Assembly: GCA_023270015.1 (NCBI GenBank)
Contig: JAGDXZ010000013.1
Location: forward strand, 1-49,117
Origin: Candidatus Micrarchaeota archaeon
GTDB lineage: Archaea; Micrarchaeota; Micrarchaeia; Micrarchaeales; CABMGC01
Direction of reading: 5' to 3'
DNA length: 49,117 nucleotides
The notes below the pieces were generated by a model. It ran no database searches and was not told where the DNA came from. It was given only the letters and a program-made list of their open reading frames with translations. Of the stretch, positions 9,518 through 18,209 are shown piece after piece (the first letter of the stretch is position 1; every line of letters begins with the position of its first letter). Made by a program: the position numbers and the translations under genes.

Positions 9518-9832
9518 TCATGCTTGTGCTTTGCTAAGCTGGCATGAAAAGCCTCCTATTTTCTGGCACAGCGCGCACAAAGCAGGGCTTTTATTGCCAA
9601 GCAGGCCTTCAACATACTCCTCTATTGCAGCCTTATGCTCTCTCAATTTTTCTGCAAGCTTTTCATTGACTTCTTGCTTTTCCTTCAAGTACTTGCTAAC
9701 CGCTGCTTGCGTTATGTTTAGCCTTTTTGCTATCTCTGTTTCTTTCATACCATATGCCCTCAGCCTGTTTGCTATTTCCTTTCGGATTGCTGGCAGAATT
9801 TGGATATATGCCATTTCATAAACGCTTTTCAT
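9518..9832 (-). CDS. Small HTH transcriptional regulator with a C-terminal Cys cluster, first gene of the suf operon
   Basis: HTH segment ETEIAKRLNITQAAVSKYLK. C-terminal CALCQKIGGFSC (C-x2-C-x7-C). 4-nt gap to sufB. Confidence 0.7.
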   Translation of the reverse strand: MKSVYEMAYIQILPAIRKEIANRLRAYGMKETEIAKRLNITQAAVSKYLKEKQEVNEKLAEKLREHKAAIEEYVEGLLGNKSPALCALCQKIGGFSCQLSKAQA

Positions 9833-9850
9833 AGACTCACTTATAACTCT

Positions 9851-9864
9851 GTTATATTTTTAAG
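9851..9864 (-). promoter_or_regulatory. TATA-like box upstream of the suf regulator gene
   Basis: Minus-strand CTTAAAAATATAAC, centred about 26 nt upstream of the ATG at 9832. This suggests a leaderless or very short-leader mRNA. Confidence 0.4.
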
Positions 9865-9959
9865 CAGGGTAAGGTTTAAATAACTAGACTCTATACCAAG
9901 GAACAAGACGATAAAGAAAAAGAAGAGCAAAATAGAAAAACAAAAAAGAAAGAGTTATT

Positions 9960-10331
9960 TCATTTGTATGCTAGCCCGCTTCCGATGAATGCTAGTACGA
10001 ATCCTAGCAGAGCGGTTGCAAGATATGTTGTGTTAGTCCATACGAGCACTGTTAGTGCGAATCCTGTCGCTACTGTAGCGCACATTGCCGCTTTCGCTAT
10101 GCCCATTCTGTCCCAGCCTAGCAGGTTGCCGAAGCTAATGAAGAAGAGTGCTATGCTGCCGATTACTGCTGCACCGAGGAAGAATGGTAGCCACAGTCCC
10201 GCGCTGCCACCAAAAACCCCACCTGCTGTGGCGAGCAAACCGCCTGGAACTGCAAAGGCTACGAAGAGGTAGGCCAAGCTGCCTAGAAATTCTAGGACGA
10301 ATGCCCCCCAATTCTGCGTCTGTTTTGCCAT
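9960..10331 (-). CDS. Small integral membrane protein (about 4 TM), unknown function
   Basis: G/A/L-rich hydrophobic segments. Clean ORF with an AT-rich upstream region. Confidence 0.6.
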   Translation of the reverse strand: MAKQTQNWGAFVLEFLGSLAYLFVAFAVPGGLLATAGGVFGGSAGLWLPFFLGAAVIGSIALFFISFGNLLGWDRMGIAKAAMCATVATGFALTVLVWTNTTYLATALLGFVLAFIGSGLAYK

Positions 10332-10446
10332 TTTATCACTGACTTATACATTACAAGATATATTTAAAAACTTATTTCCATGGTTCGCAGGATCTGAATA
10401 AGGGGCATGCGGGAGTGGCAGAAAAGAAAAAAGACAACACTAGGCC

Positions 10447-10459
10447 ATTTTAAAATTTT
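10447..10459 (+). promoter_or_regulatory. TATA-like box upstream of the GT2 gene
   Basis: ATTTTAAAATTTT, centred about 24 nt upstream of the ATG at 10477. Confidence 0.4.
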
Positions 10460-10476
10460 GTTCCTAAACCATTTGT

Positions 10477-11172
10477 ATGATTGGCCGAGTAACAGTAGTA
10501 GTTCCAGTATTCAATGAGGAAAAGACGATAGGGCAAGTACTGATGGATGTGTCCAGAATCCCGTTCGTAAGCAAAATAATAGTGGTCGATGACGGATCTA
10601 GAGATAAAACGTTGACTGTGGCGAGAAAGGCACTTAGATCAGCAAGCAAACACGGCAAAGCTGAGTTAATTCACTATGAAAAAAACAGAGGGAAAGGATA
10701 TGCGCTTAGAAAGGCTTTCAAGTTAATTAAAAATGGGCTTGTGATAATTCAGGATGCTGACTTAGAGTATTCTCCGGAAGACTATCCTAAGCTGATTGCT
10801 GCTTTGGACAAAAGCAGCGTTGTTTTTGGAAATAGGTTTGTGCTGAAAAATGAAGGCCATGAATACTTTCTGGCAAAGCTAGGAAATCAGTTTGCAAGCT
10901 TTATTTTCAGCTTACTTTATGGCCAGAAAATCCATGACATTAATGTAGGTTACAAAGCTTTCAGAGTTTCGGCGCTCAAAGGGATTGTGCTTAAAGAAGA
11001 CGGTTTCTTGATAGAGGAAGAGCTTGCTGTAGGGTTTGCAAAGAAAGGAATAAAGATCCAGGAAGTTCCTATACACTATAGAGGCAGGACTTTTGAAGAG
11101 GGAAAGAAGATCAGAGCAAAGGATGGGATAATGGGTGTTATATTTTTGCTGAAAAAGAGGTTTTTGGAATGA
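10477..11172 (+). CDS. Glycosyltransferase family 2 (dolichyl-phosphate glycosyltransferase-like)
   Basis: VVVPVFNEE...VVDDGSRDKT...QDADLEY motifs. Confidence 0.85.
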   Translation: MIGRVTVVVPVFNEEKTIGQVLMDVSRIPFVSKIIVVDDGSRDKTLTVARKALRSASKHGKAELIHYEKNRGKGYALRKAFKLIKNGLVIIQDADLEYSPEDYPKLIAALDKSSVVFGNRFVLKNEGHEYFLAKLGNQFASFIFSLLYGQKIHDINVGYKAFRVSALKGIVLKEDGFLIEEELAVGFAKKGIKIQEVPIHYRGRTFEEGKKIRAKDGIMGVIFLLKKRFLE

Positions 11173-12308
11173 GGATTGCGTTTGCATACGAATCAGCATA
11201 TCCTTGGTTCAATGGGGGCATAGAAAAAAGGAGATACAACATTCTCAAGGCCCTCTCGAAAAGCAAGAAATACGAGCTTCACATGTTTACTCTTTATAGG
11301 CCAGGTATGCCAGGAAGAGAGTTTGAATATGAGGGAGTGAAATATCATTGTGTAGGTGTCGGGACAGAAATCAGTAGTATGTATAAAGGCTCAAGGCGCT
11401 CGATGCTGATGTCGATAAAGTTTGCCCTGCTTCTATTTCTGCACATTTGGAAATACAGATTTGACATTATTGACACTGACTCATTCCCTTTTCTCCATAT
11501 CCCTCTGCTTTATATTTACGCAAAACTTAGGAGAACATACCTAGTGACCACATGGCATGAAGTGTGGAGCAAGGAGTTTTGGAAAGGCTACCTTCACAGG
11601 CTTGGTTTTGTAGGATTTTTCTTCGAATATCTTTCCGCCAAGCTGCCAAGTATGCATATAGCGAACACCTCTACCACAAAGAAGCTTCTGAGGCAATATT
11701 TCTCCGTTGAGCCCAAAAAGGTGCTCGTGTTGCCGGCAGCGGTAGATCAGGAAGAGGTAGAAAGGTTTCTAGCCAAGCATGCATGCAAGCAGGAGAACAA
11801 GTTTATAGTGGCGAATAGGCTTGTTTTTCACAAGCGTACCGATATAGCAGTTAAAAGCATCAAAGGCGTAGACGCAAAGCTAGTTATAATCGGCAAAGGA
11901 CCTGAGCTAAGCAACCTCAAAGAGCTTGCAAAGCAGCTAGGTGTAGATAAGCAAGTAGTTTTTAAGCAAGACCTTACAGAGCAGCAGCTATATGAGGAGC
12001 TTTGCACGTCTTTGGCTTTGATCATGGTCTCTGAGCGTGAAGGCCTGTCACTCATCACCGCCGAAGCCCTTTCGCTTGGCGTGCCTGTAGTTGTGTCTAG
12101 CAACACCTCATTACCGCCAGAGATACTCAAATACTGCCTTAGGTCAAAAACCGAAGATGTACATGATTTATTATTAAAAATAAGGAAAAACGCTGCTGCT
12201 TATAAACAAAGCTACTTAAAACAAAGAAAAGAGGTGCTTGCAGAATTTTCAGGGGCTGCTTCAGAAGCTGTATATAACGCCATATCGCGTGCCAGAGAGG
12301 CAAAATAA
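11169..12308 (+). CDS. Glycosyltransferase, GT-B fold (group 1 / GT4-like)
   Basis: C-terminal SEREGLSLITAEALSLGVPVV (E-x7-E type motif). 4-nt overlap with the preceding GT2 gene. Confidence 0.8.
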   Translation: MRIAFAYESAYPWFNGGIEKRRYNILKALSKSKKYELHMFTLYRPGMPGREFEYEGVKYHCVGVGTEISSMYKGSRRSMLMSIKFALLLFLHIWKYRFDIIDTDSFPFLHIPLLYIYAKLRRTYLVTTWHEVWSKEFWKGYLHRLGFVGFFFEYLSAKLPSMHIANTSTTKKLLRQYFSVEPKKVLVLPAAVDQEEVERFLAKHACKQENKFIVANRLVFHKRTDIAVKSIKGVDAKLVIIGKGPELSNLKELAKQLGVDKQVVFKQDLTEQQLYEELCTSLALIMVSEREGLSLITAEALSLGVPVVVSSNTSLPPEILKYCLRSKTEDVHDLLLKIRKNAAAYKQSYLKQRKEVLAEFSGAASEAVYNAISRAREAK

Positions 12309-12336
12309 AATTAAAACACCCAGGCGACAGCTGACA

Positions 12337-12627
12337 CTATTCCTTGAGTGTCTCCAGCATTTCTATTAGCAGTATAGTTGCCACCGCCTTATATGCCGCG
12401 GTGCCTGTCTCGCTTGCCCTGTCAGCTTTTGCTATCTTCTCCAAGAACTCTACGGTCCTATCCCTTAGCTCAGGATTTCTGATTGCTTCGCCTGCCATGT
12501 GCCTTATCATACCAGGCGTCAACCTGCCTGGGCGTCCCCTCAATTCTACCTCTAGCGCTTCGAGCGCCGTTCTACCCGCCACCCCCTTCACCTGATTTTT
12601 ATTTAGTCTTTCCCCATATTTAAGCAT
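12337..12627 (-). CDS. Hypothetical protein, 96 aa
   Basis: Clean ORF, no recognisable motif. Confidence 0.45.
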   Translation of the reverse strand: MLKYGERLNKNQVKGVAGRTALEALEVELRGRPGRLTPGMIRHMAGEAIRNPELRDRTVEFLEKIAKADRASETGTAAYKAVATILLIEMLETLKE

Positions 12628-12657
12628 TGCTGTTCTTTTTTCTTTTACGTCGAATAT

Positions 12658-13446
12658 TTACGCTGCGATTAGCCTTTCCTTTTTAAAGGTCCTTATTCCC
12701 AGATATATAACCAAGAGGGCAACTACTGCAAGAACTAGAAGGAGGCCAAGGAAAAACTCCGGGGAGAGCGAAACAAGGGCGAATACAGAAACAAAAGGTA
12801 TAATGAATATGGGTAGTGCGATCAGGGCGCTTATCTGTTGCGCCTCTTTAATGCTCTTCACTTTAGACGAGACTATTACCACAAGTCCGATGGTGGCCAT
12901 TATCAAAGCCGGCGCATCTGCAAGCATAAGATACCAGTCCGTGTTTGGAAATATTAACGTGTGGTAGTAAAGGTTTGTGAAATAGTTTATTATGCCTCCA
13001 AAGATCAAGAAGACTGCGATAGTGATTCCAAAGGCAGGTATTGCCGAAGCTAGTATCTTTCCCAAAAACAGCTCACCTTTAGTTATAGGGGAAGTGAGCA
13101 AAGATTCTGCGGTTTTGCTTTCTTTTTCTCCTACAAAACAGTCAGCGGCTATGACTGAGGAAGTTATGATGGGCATTGTAAGGAATATGGGGCCGAGTAT
13201 GTTTATCGAGAAATAAACAATAAAAGCAAGTCTGTTTGCAACATTACCGCCTATTATGCTTGCTTCTATCCCCAAAAGCTTTGCAGCAAGTTCTGTACCT
13301 GCATATTGTGAAACATAAACAGTGAATAAAGGAAGCAGTATTGCAAAGAACAGCGGTATGCCAAGCATCGGGCCGTATATTTCAGCACTGCTAAAAGCGT
13401 CAGCAAGGTCTTTGCCAACTATTGCCCAAACTCTTGCTACATTCAT
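12658..13446 (-). CDS. ABC-2 type transporter permease
   Basis: Six hydrophobic segments. Immediately downstream of an ABC ATPase gene. Confidence 0.75.
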   Translation of the reverse strand: MNVARVWAIVGKDLADAFSSAEIYGPMLGIPLFFAILLPLFTVYVSQYAGTELAAKLLGIEASIIGGNVANRLAFIVYFSINILGPIFLTMPIITSSVIAADCFVGEKESKTAESLLTSPITKGELFLGKILASAIPAFGITIAVFLIFGGIINYFTNLYYHTLIFPNTDWYLMLADAPALIMATIGLVVIVSSKVKSIKEAQQISALIALPIFIIPFVSVFALVSLSPEFFLGLLLVLAVVALLVIYLGIRTFKKERLIAA

Positions 13447-13450
13447 TTTA

Positions 13451-14335
13451 TCATCTCAGATTGTAATCCAAGAAGGTTATTGAGGTAATGTTGATTCCAG
13501 CCTCCACTGCCTCTTTTGCTAATTTCGGTATCTTACCTATGCTTCCTATGCTGAACACAATCCTTTTGCCCATGAGCCTGCCGCCAAGAGTCTTCATAGC
13601 CTTCTCCTGCTCCTTTGAAAGTCTGCCCAAATATGAAATTTCTATCTCTATTCCTCTAATCATTTTTACAACACTGTCAAGGTCTCCGTATCCAACGAGC
13701 TTGCCCTTTTTAAGCACAAGAACATCGGCATTGAATTTGCTTAGTTCGTCAAGCCTCTGAGTGGCATATACTACAGTAGTGCCTTCTTTTACAAGCTCTG
13801 CAAGCGCTTCTCTAAGCTTTTCAGCAGATTCAGGATCTAGGAATGCGGTAGGCTCGTCAAGCACCAGTAGTCTGGGGTTTGCAAGCAAAGCCCTGCATAC
13901 TGCTATTTTTTGCTTTGTTCCCCTGCTCAATGTTGAGACTTTTCTCTTTACAAACTCTTCCGCACCTAGCATGCCGAGGAGTTTGTCGATCCTTTCTAGC
14001 GCTTGTCTCTTTTCAATGCCTAGAAGCCTAGAAAAGAAAAGTAGATTGGAAATCACCGAAAGATTGTCGTACAAGCCATAGTTTTCTCCTACATAGCCTA
14101 CTTTCGCCATAACCGAAACAGGCGCTGCGCTTGCCTCCTCGCCAAATATTTTTACACTTCCTTCAGTCGGCTCATAGAGGCCTACAATAAGCCTTTCCAG
14201 CGTTGTCTTGCCGGAGCCATTCGGTCCTACAAGCAGATTAAAGCTTCCTTCTTCCATGCTGAATGTAATGTCATTTATTGCTGTTATGTCTTTGAATCTT
14301 TTAGTAAGGCCTTTAGCAACTACTACTTTTTGCAA
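13451..14335 (-). CDS. ABC transporter ATP-binding protein
   Basis: Walker A GPNGSGKTT, signature LSRGTKQK, Walker B LLVLDEPTAFLD. Confidence 0.9.
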   Translation of the reverse strand: MQKVVVAKGLTKRFKDITAINDITFSMEEGSFNLLVGPNGSGKTTLERLIVGLYEPTEGSVKIFGEEASAAPVSVMAKVGYVGENYGLYDNLSVISNLLFFSRLLGIEKRQALERIDKLLGMLGAEEFVKRKVSTLSRGTKQKIAVCRALLANPRLLVLDEPTAFLDPESAEKLREALAELVKEGTTVVYATQRLDELSKFNADVLVLKKGKLVGYGDLDSVVKMIRGIEIEISYLGRLSKEQEKAMKTLGGRLMGKRIVFSIGSIGKIPKLAKEAVEAGINITSITFLDYNLR

Positions 14336-15021
14336 GGCCCCACCTGGCTAAGTATACGCAAAAAAGACCTTGCGTTGCCAAGCATGTCGTGATTGTTGTT
14401 GAAGAATGCAAAGAGCCTTTTAGGTTCGAGCGCCAATGCACGCCTTGCCATTTCCTCGAGCTCTTTAGCAGAATAATTGTAGGCGTACCAGCTTTCCCTT
14501 CCATGAAACCTGAGATAGATCGTGCTGTTCTTAGTCCACACTTCCCCACTGATCTCTGGCGAGTCAGGGGTTACTATGGCTCCTTTGAAGTCAAGCTCAG
14601 AAAAATCAAAAGAATACCATGTGCTGTTCCTGAATTCAAAAGCCATCTTCTTTTCATCGAACTTTCTTGCAAAGCTGAGAAGCCGCTCTTTCATGTTTGT
14701 GGTGAAATGTGGAGGAAACTGGAAGAGATAAAATGCCACTCTGCTATCCAGCGGCTTCAGTATTTCAAGGAACCTGCTATAAAGCTCCTCTGCCTTTTTG
14801 TTAAGCATATGCACATGGGTTATTAGCCTATTTACCTTCACCACCCATGTGAGAGTGCTTCCCTTAGAGGCCCAGCCCTTGACCTGGTTAGGGAAAGGAA
14901 ACCTGTAGAAGCTTGCATTAAGCTCTATCGCATTGAGCCCGCTATGTGCTATATACCAGTCTAGAGTTCCATCTTCGTTCCACGAGTAAAGCCAACCAGA
15001 CGTGCCTACAAAGCACTCCAT
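14323..15021 (-). CDS. DUF72 (UPF0759) family protein
   Basis: N-terminal VGTSGWLYSW...IELNASFYRFP pattern characteristic of DUF72. Confidence 0.8.
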   Translation of the reverse strand: MECFVGTSGWLYSWNEDGTLDWYIAHSGLNAIELNASFYRFPFPNQVKGWASKGSTLTWVVKVNRLITHVHMLNKKAEELYSRFLEILKPLDSRVAFYLFQFPPHFTTNMKERLLSFARKFDEKKMAFEFRNSTWYSFDFSELDFKGAIVTPDSPEISGEVWTKNSTIYLRFHGRESWYAYNYSAKELEEMARRALALEPKRLFAFFNNNHDMLGNARSFLRILSQVGPCKK

Positions 15022-15024
15022 AGC

Positions 15025-15309
15025 TTAGTCCCAGAGATCTTTGAATTGCTTGTTGCTGAAGAGTATCTCCTCGAGCTCCTTTTTCAGAGCTGGATCGTTC
15101 CTTCTAAGCCATTCTAGCAGCAGCGTTGCATGCTCCTTTTCGTCATCTCTGTTGTGGGCAAGTATGCCTGCTAGCTCCTTGTCTTTCGTTGCGCTTACCC
15201 TCTCATCATACCACATCATTGCTTGAAGTTCCTCAATAAGGGACTGCCTTGCTCTGTTGAGATTTTTCGTTTTCTCATCCACATTCGTTTCTTCTTGCAT
15301 ACTATACAC
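15025..15309 (-). CDS. Encapsulated-ferritin-like protein (EncFtn family), stand-alone
   Basis: EELQAMMWYDERVSATKDKELAGILAHNRDDEKEHATLLLEWLRRNDP closely matches my memory of the EncFtn core (EELEAVDWYDQRV...ILAHNRDEEKEHAAM.LEWLRRND). Confidence 0.8.
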   Translation of the reverse strand: MYSMQEETNVDEKTKNLNRARQSLIEELQAMMWYDERVSATKDKELAGILAHNRDDEKEHATLLLEWLRRNDPALKKELEEILFSNKQFKDLWD

Positions 15310-15377
15310 AGCATAACTTCTCTGATTAATTTCTTATTTCTATTTCTCTGCTTATAGCAAGTCTTGGCAGTTGATGG

Positions 15378-16691
15378 TTAAGGAACTGTTCTCTCAGGCG
15401 TTCTCGGAAAAGCAGCAGCTTCAAGTATATTCTGCATGTTAAGCATCTGCATCACAGTGCGCTCAATGCCTATGGAGAAGCCACCATGTGGAGGAGCGCC
15501 GTATTTGAAGAATTTGGCAAACCACATGTAGCTACCTTCGCTAAGCCCCTTCTCCTTTGCCTGCTCTATTATCTTCTCATATCTATGCTCCCTTTGGCCT
15601 CCAGAGCTGAGCTCGACGCCTTTATAGATAAGGTCTATGCTTCTTGCATACTCGGGCTCGTCATCCACGCGCATGACATAGAACGGCTTTACCTTGTAAG
15701 GGAATCTGTTCACAAAGAAGAATTCGCTGTTGTACTTCTCTTTAACATACTTTGCAAGCAAAAGCTCTGATTCATGGTCTAAGTCTTCTCCGTGTTCGAG
15801 CTTTTTGCCAAGCTCCTCAAGCAGGTCGTAGATCTCCGGAAACTTTAGCTCTGGGAAAGGAGTTTTCGGCACAGTGACCTCTATTCCCAGCTCCTCGAGC
15901 TCATCCCTATGCCTATCAACTACATTCTTTAGAGCTGCCTGGACGAGCTCTTCCTCTAGCTTCATAACGTCATGCTCGTCTTCTATGAAGGATATCTCAG
16001 CCGCGCAGGTTCTGTGCTCGGATAGGTGCCTTGGGGTGTGGCTAAGCTCTGCCCTCCAGCTAGGTCCGATCTCGTAGATCTTGTCAAGGCCTGCTACCAT
16101 AAGAAGCTGCCTGTGGAGCTGAGGGTCCTGCCTCAAATATGTAGTTTTGTCATAGTAAACAATGGGAAATACCTCTGAGCCTCCCTCGGCAGCCACGCCG
16201 ATTATGCTAGGAGTGAAGACTATTGTAAAGTCGTGTTTGTTAAGGTAGTTTTCCATTCCTTCTATTAGGCTGGATTCTGCCTTGAGAACGAACATCAAAT
16301 TCTTGTTTCTTAGTGCTATAGAACGCCAATCAAGCCTCGTCTCAAGCTCAGACTCCACCAAGCCAGACATATCTATGGGCAGGGGCTTCTCAGCTTTGCC
16401 CACCACTGTGATCTTCGTTGGTATAAGCTCTTTGAAATTCTTCGCCATTATTTGTTCTGGTACCTTTCCTTTTACTACTACAAAATCGTGCAGATTGAGG
16501 TTGTCAAACATTTCAAACAATGATGCATCTACCTTGCCCTTTACCAGACTTATTTGTATGGTGCCAGTCTTATCAGACACCCATATGAACCTTGCATTCT
16601 TCAGCTCCTTGAGCCTTGATATCCAGCCACCAATCGTATACTCCTTCCCAGGCTCTGTAGACACCTGGCTTATGTATGTGTCTCGCAACAT
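15378..16691 (-). CDS. aspS: Aspartyl-tRNA synthetase, archaeal type
   Basis: Class IIb motifs: FRAE-like SWRAELSHTPRHLSEH, and GGFSIGIERTVM. 437 aa. Confidence 0.95.
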   Translation of the reverse strand: MLRDTYISQVSTEPGKEYTIGGWISRLKELKNARFIWVSDKTGTIQISLVKGKVDASLFEMFDNLNLHDFVVVKGKVPEQIMAKNFKELIPTKITVVGKAEKPLPIDMSGLVESELETRLDWRSIALRNKNLMFVLKAESSLIEGMENYLNKHDFTIVFTPSIIGVAAEGGSEVFPIVYYDKTTYLRQDPQLHRQLLMVAGLDKIYEIGPSWRAELSHTPRHLSEHRTCAAEISFIEDEHDVMKLEEELVQAALKNVVDRHRDELEELGIEVTVPKTPFPELKFPEIYDLLEELGKKLEHGEDLDHESELLLAKYVKEKYNSEFFFVNRFPYKVKPFYVMRVDDEPEYARSIDLIYKGVELSSGGQREHRYEKIIEQAKEKGLSEGSYMWFAKFFKYGAPPHGGFSIGIERTVMQMLNMQNILEAAAFPRTPERTVP

Positions 16692-16712
16692 GTTATCACG
16701 ACTATATCCCCT

Positions 16713-16726
16713 TTAATATTTAAAAG
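16713..16726 (-). promoter_or_regulatory. TATA-like box for aspS, between tRNA-Asn and aspS
   Basis: Minus-strand CTTTTAAATATTAA, centred about 29 nt upstream of the aspS ATG (16691). Confidence 0.4.
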
Positions 16727-16738
16727 TTAAGCAGGGAG

Positions 16739-16811
16739 CGCCCAAGGTCAGACTCGAACTGACGACCTACCGGTTAACAGCCGGTCGCTCTACCTACTGA
16801 GCTACTCGGGC
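16739..16811 (-). tRNA. tRNA-Asn (anticodon GTT)
   Basis: The reverse complement folds as a cloverleaf. Acceptor GCCCGAG/CTTGGGC with one G-U pair. Anticodon loop CTGTTAA. T arm GTCAG-TTCGAGT-CTGAC. Discriminator G. No encoded CCA. Confidence 0.9.
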
Positions 16812-18209
16812 ATTAAGCATGTCCCTTATCTTTTTTGGATCAGCAGTATTGTTGGTCTTTTCAAGCACCTTGCCTATAAGGAATTGCAATGCTTTCTGGT
16901 TTCCTTTTCTATAATCTTCGACTGCTTTAGGGTTTTCCTTGATGGTTGCTTCTATAACTTGTGTCAGATCTAGATTTTCAAAATTTTCATTTTTATACCT
17001 TTCTGCTAATCTCCTTGGATCTGCGCCAGTTGCCACGAACTCCTTTATAAGCTCCTTTCCTAGCCTCTCAGTTATCTCCCCGCTCTTGATCATTGAAAGA
17101 AACTCCGCATAGGATTGAGGTGTTATCTTTGCCTGCGAGACATCTATTCTGTTATAGTTTAGGCATTTAAGCAAGTCACCAACTGACCATTTTGCAAGCA
17201 TAATCCTGTCTTCGAATATGTCTGCTGTGTGTTCGAAGAAGTCAGCAAAGTTTTTGCCTTCATATATGATTATGCGTGCATAGTTTTCAGGTATTTGGTA
17301 TTTGCTAATAAGCCTGCTTATTCTTTTGCTCGGTAGCTCCTCTAAGGCCGGCGCAAGGGAACTTATCATAGAGTCTGTGATGTGGTACGTTAGCAAATCT
17401 GGCTCGAATATGTAGCCGTAATCTTCTTCACTTTCCTTGGTCCTAAGCGAAGATGTGGTCTTTTTTATTTCGTCAAAATGCCTTGTTTCCTGCTCAATCT
17501 CGATGTGCATTGCACGGAGCTGTTTTTGCCTTGCAATTTCGAACAGAAGCGCCTTTTCAACGTTTGCAAAGCCTGTTATGTTCTTTATCTCAACCCTCTT
17601 TCCGCCAGCAAGCGATATGTTTGCGTCAACCCTTATTGCGCTTTCTGCAGAAGGGTCGCATACGCCTATGTGGCCTAGCACTAATGCAAGCGTAGCTACT
17701 GCCTCTCTAGCTTCCGCAGGGGTCTTAAGGTCCGGTTCTGTAACAATCTCAATGAGCGGCATGCCTGATCTGTTGTAATCAACAAGGGCATATGAAGCCG
17801 AGGTAATGTCCCCACCAACATGCACAAGCCTTGCAGGGTCTTCCTCCACATGTACCCTTCTTATTCTTATTTTTCTTCCAGCTTTCAGGAGCATAAGCTC
17901 CCCTTCTATGCCTATCGGCGCGTCGTACTGCGTTATTTGGAAGTTCTTTGGCAGGTCTGGGTAGAAATAAACCTTCCTGGAGAAGGAGAAGGTTTTGTTT
18001 ATTTTGCAATTAAGTGCCAGGGCAGCAAGTGCAGCGAGCTCGATCGCCTTTTCGTTGAGCATGGGCTTTGTACCAGGAAAGCCCATGCAGATGGGGCAGA
18101 CGTTTGTATTTGGCTCTTCTACCTCCCTATTTTCGCATGAGCAGAATAGCTTTGTTTTTGTCAAAAGCCTGACATGCACTTCAAGCCCTATTATTACTTC
18201 ATCTTCCAT
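16794..18209 (-). CDS. gatB: Asp-tRNA(Asn)/Glu-tRNA(Gln) amidotransferase subunit B
   Basis: N-terminal IGLEVHVRL, Cys cluster CSCENRE...CPICMGFPG, and a C-terminal YqeY-like tail. The last 18 nt, including the TAG, lie inside tRNA-Asn. Confidence 0.95.
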   Translation of the reverse strand: MEDEVIIGLEVHVRLLTKTKLFCSCENREVEEPNTNVCPICMGFPGTKPMLNEKAIELAALAALALNCKINKTFSFSRKVYFYPDLPKNFQITQYDAPIGIEGELMLLKAGRKIRIRRVHVEEDPARLVHVGGDITSASYALVDYNRSGMPLIEIVTEPDLKTPAEAREAVATLALVLGHIGVCDPSAESAIRVDANISLAGGKRVEIKNITGFANVEKALLFEIARQKQLRAMHIEIEQETRHFDEIKKTTSSLRTKESEEDYGYIFEPDLLTYHITDSMISSLAPALEELPSKRISRLISKYQIPENYARIIIYEGKNFADFFEHTADIFEDRIMLAKWSVGDLLKCLNYNRIDVSQAKITPQSYAEFLSMIKSGEITERLGKELIKEFVATGADPRRLAERYKNENFENLDLTQVIEATIKENPKAVEDYRKGNQKALQFLIGKVLEKTNNTADPKKIRDMLNARVAQ

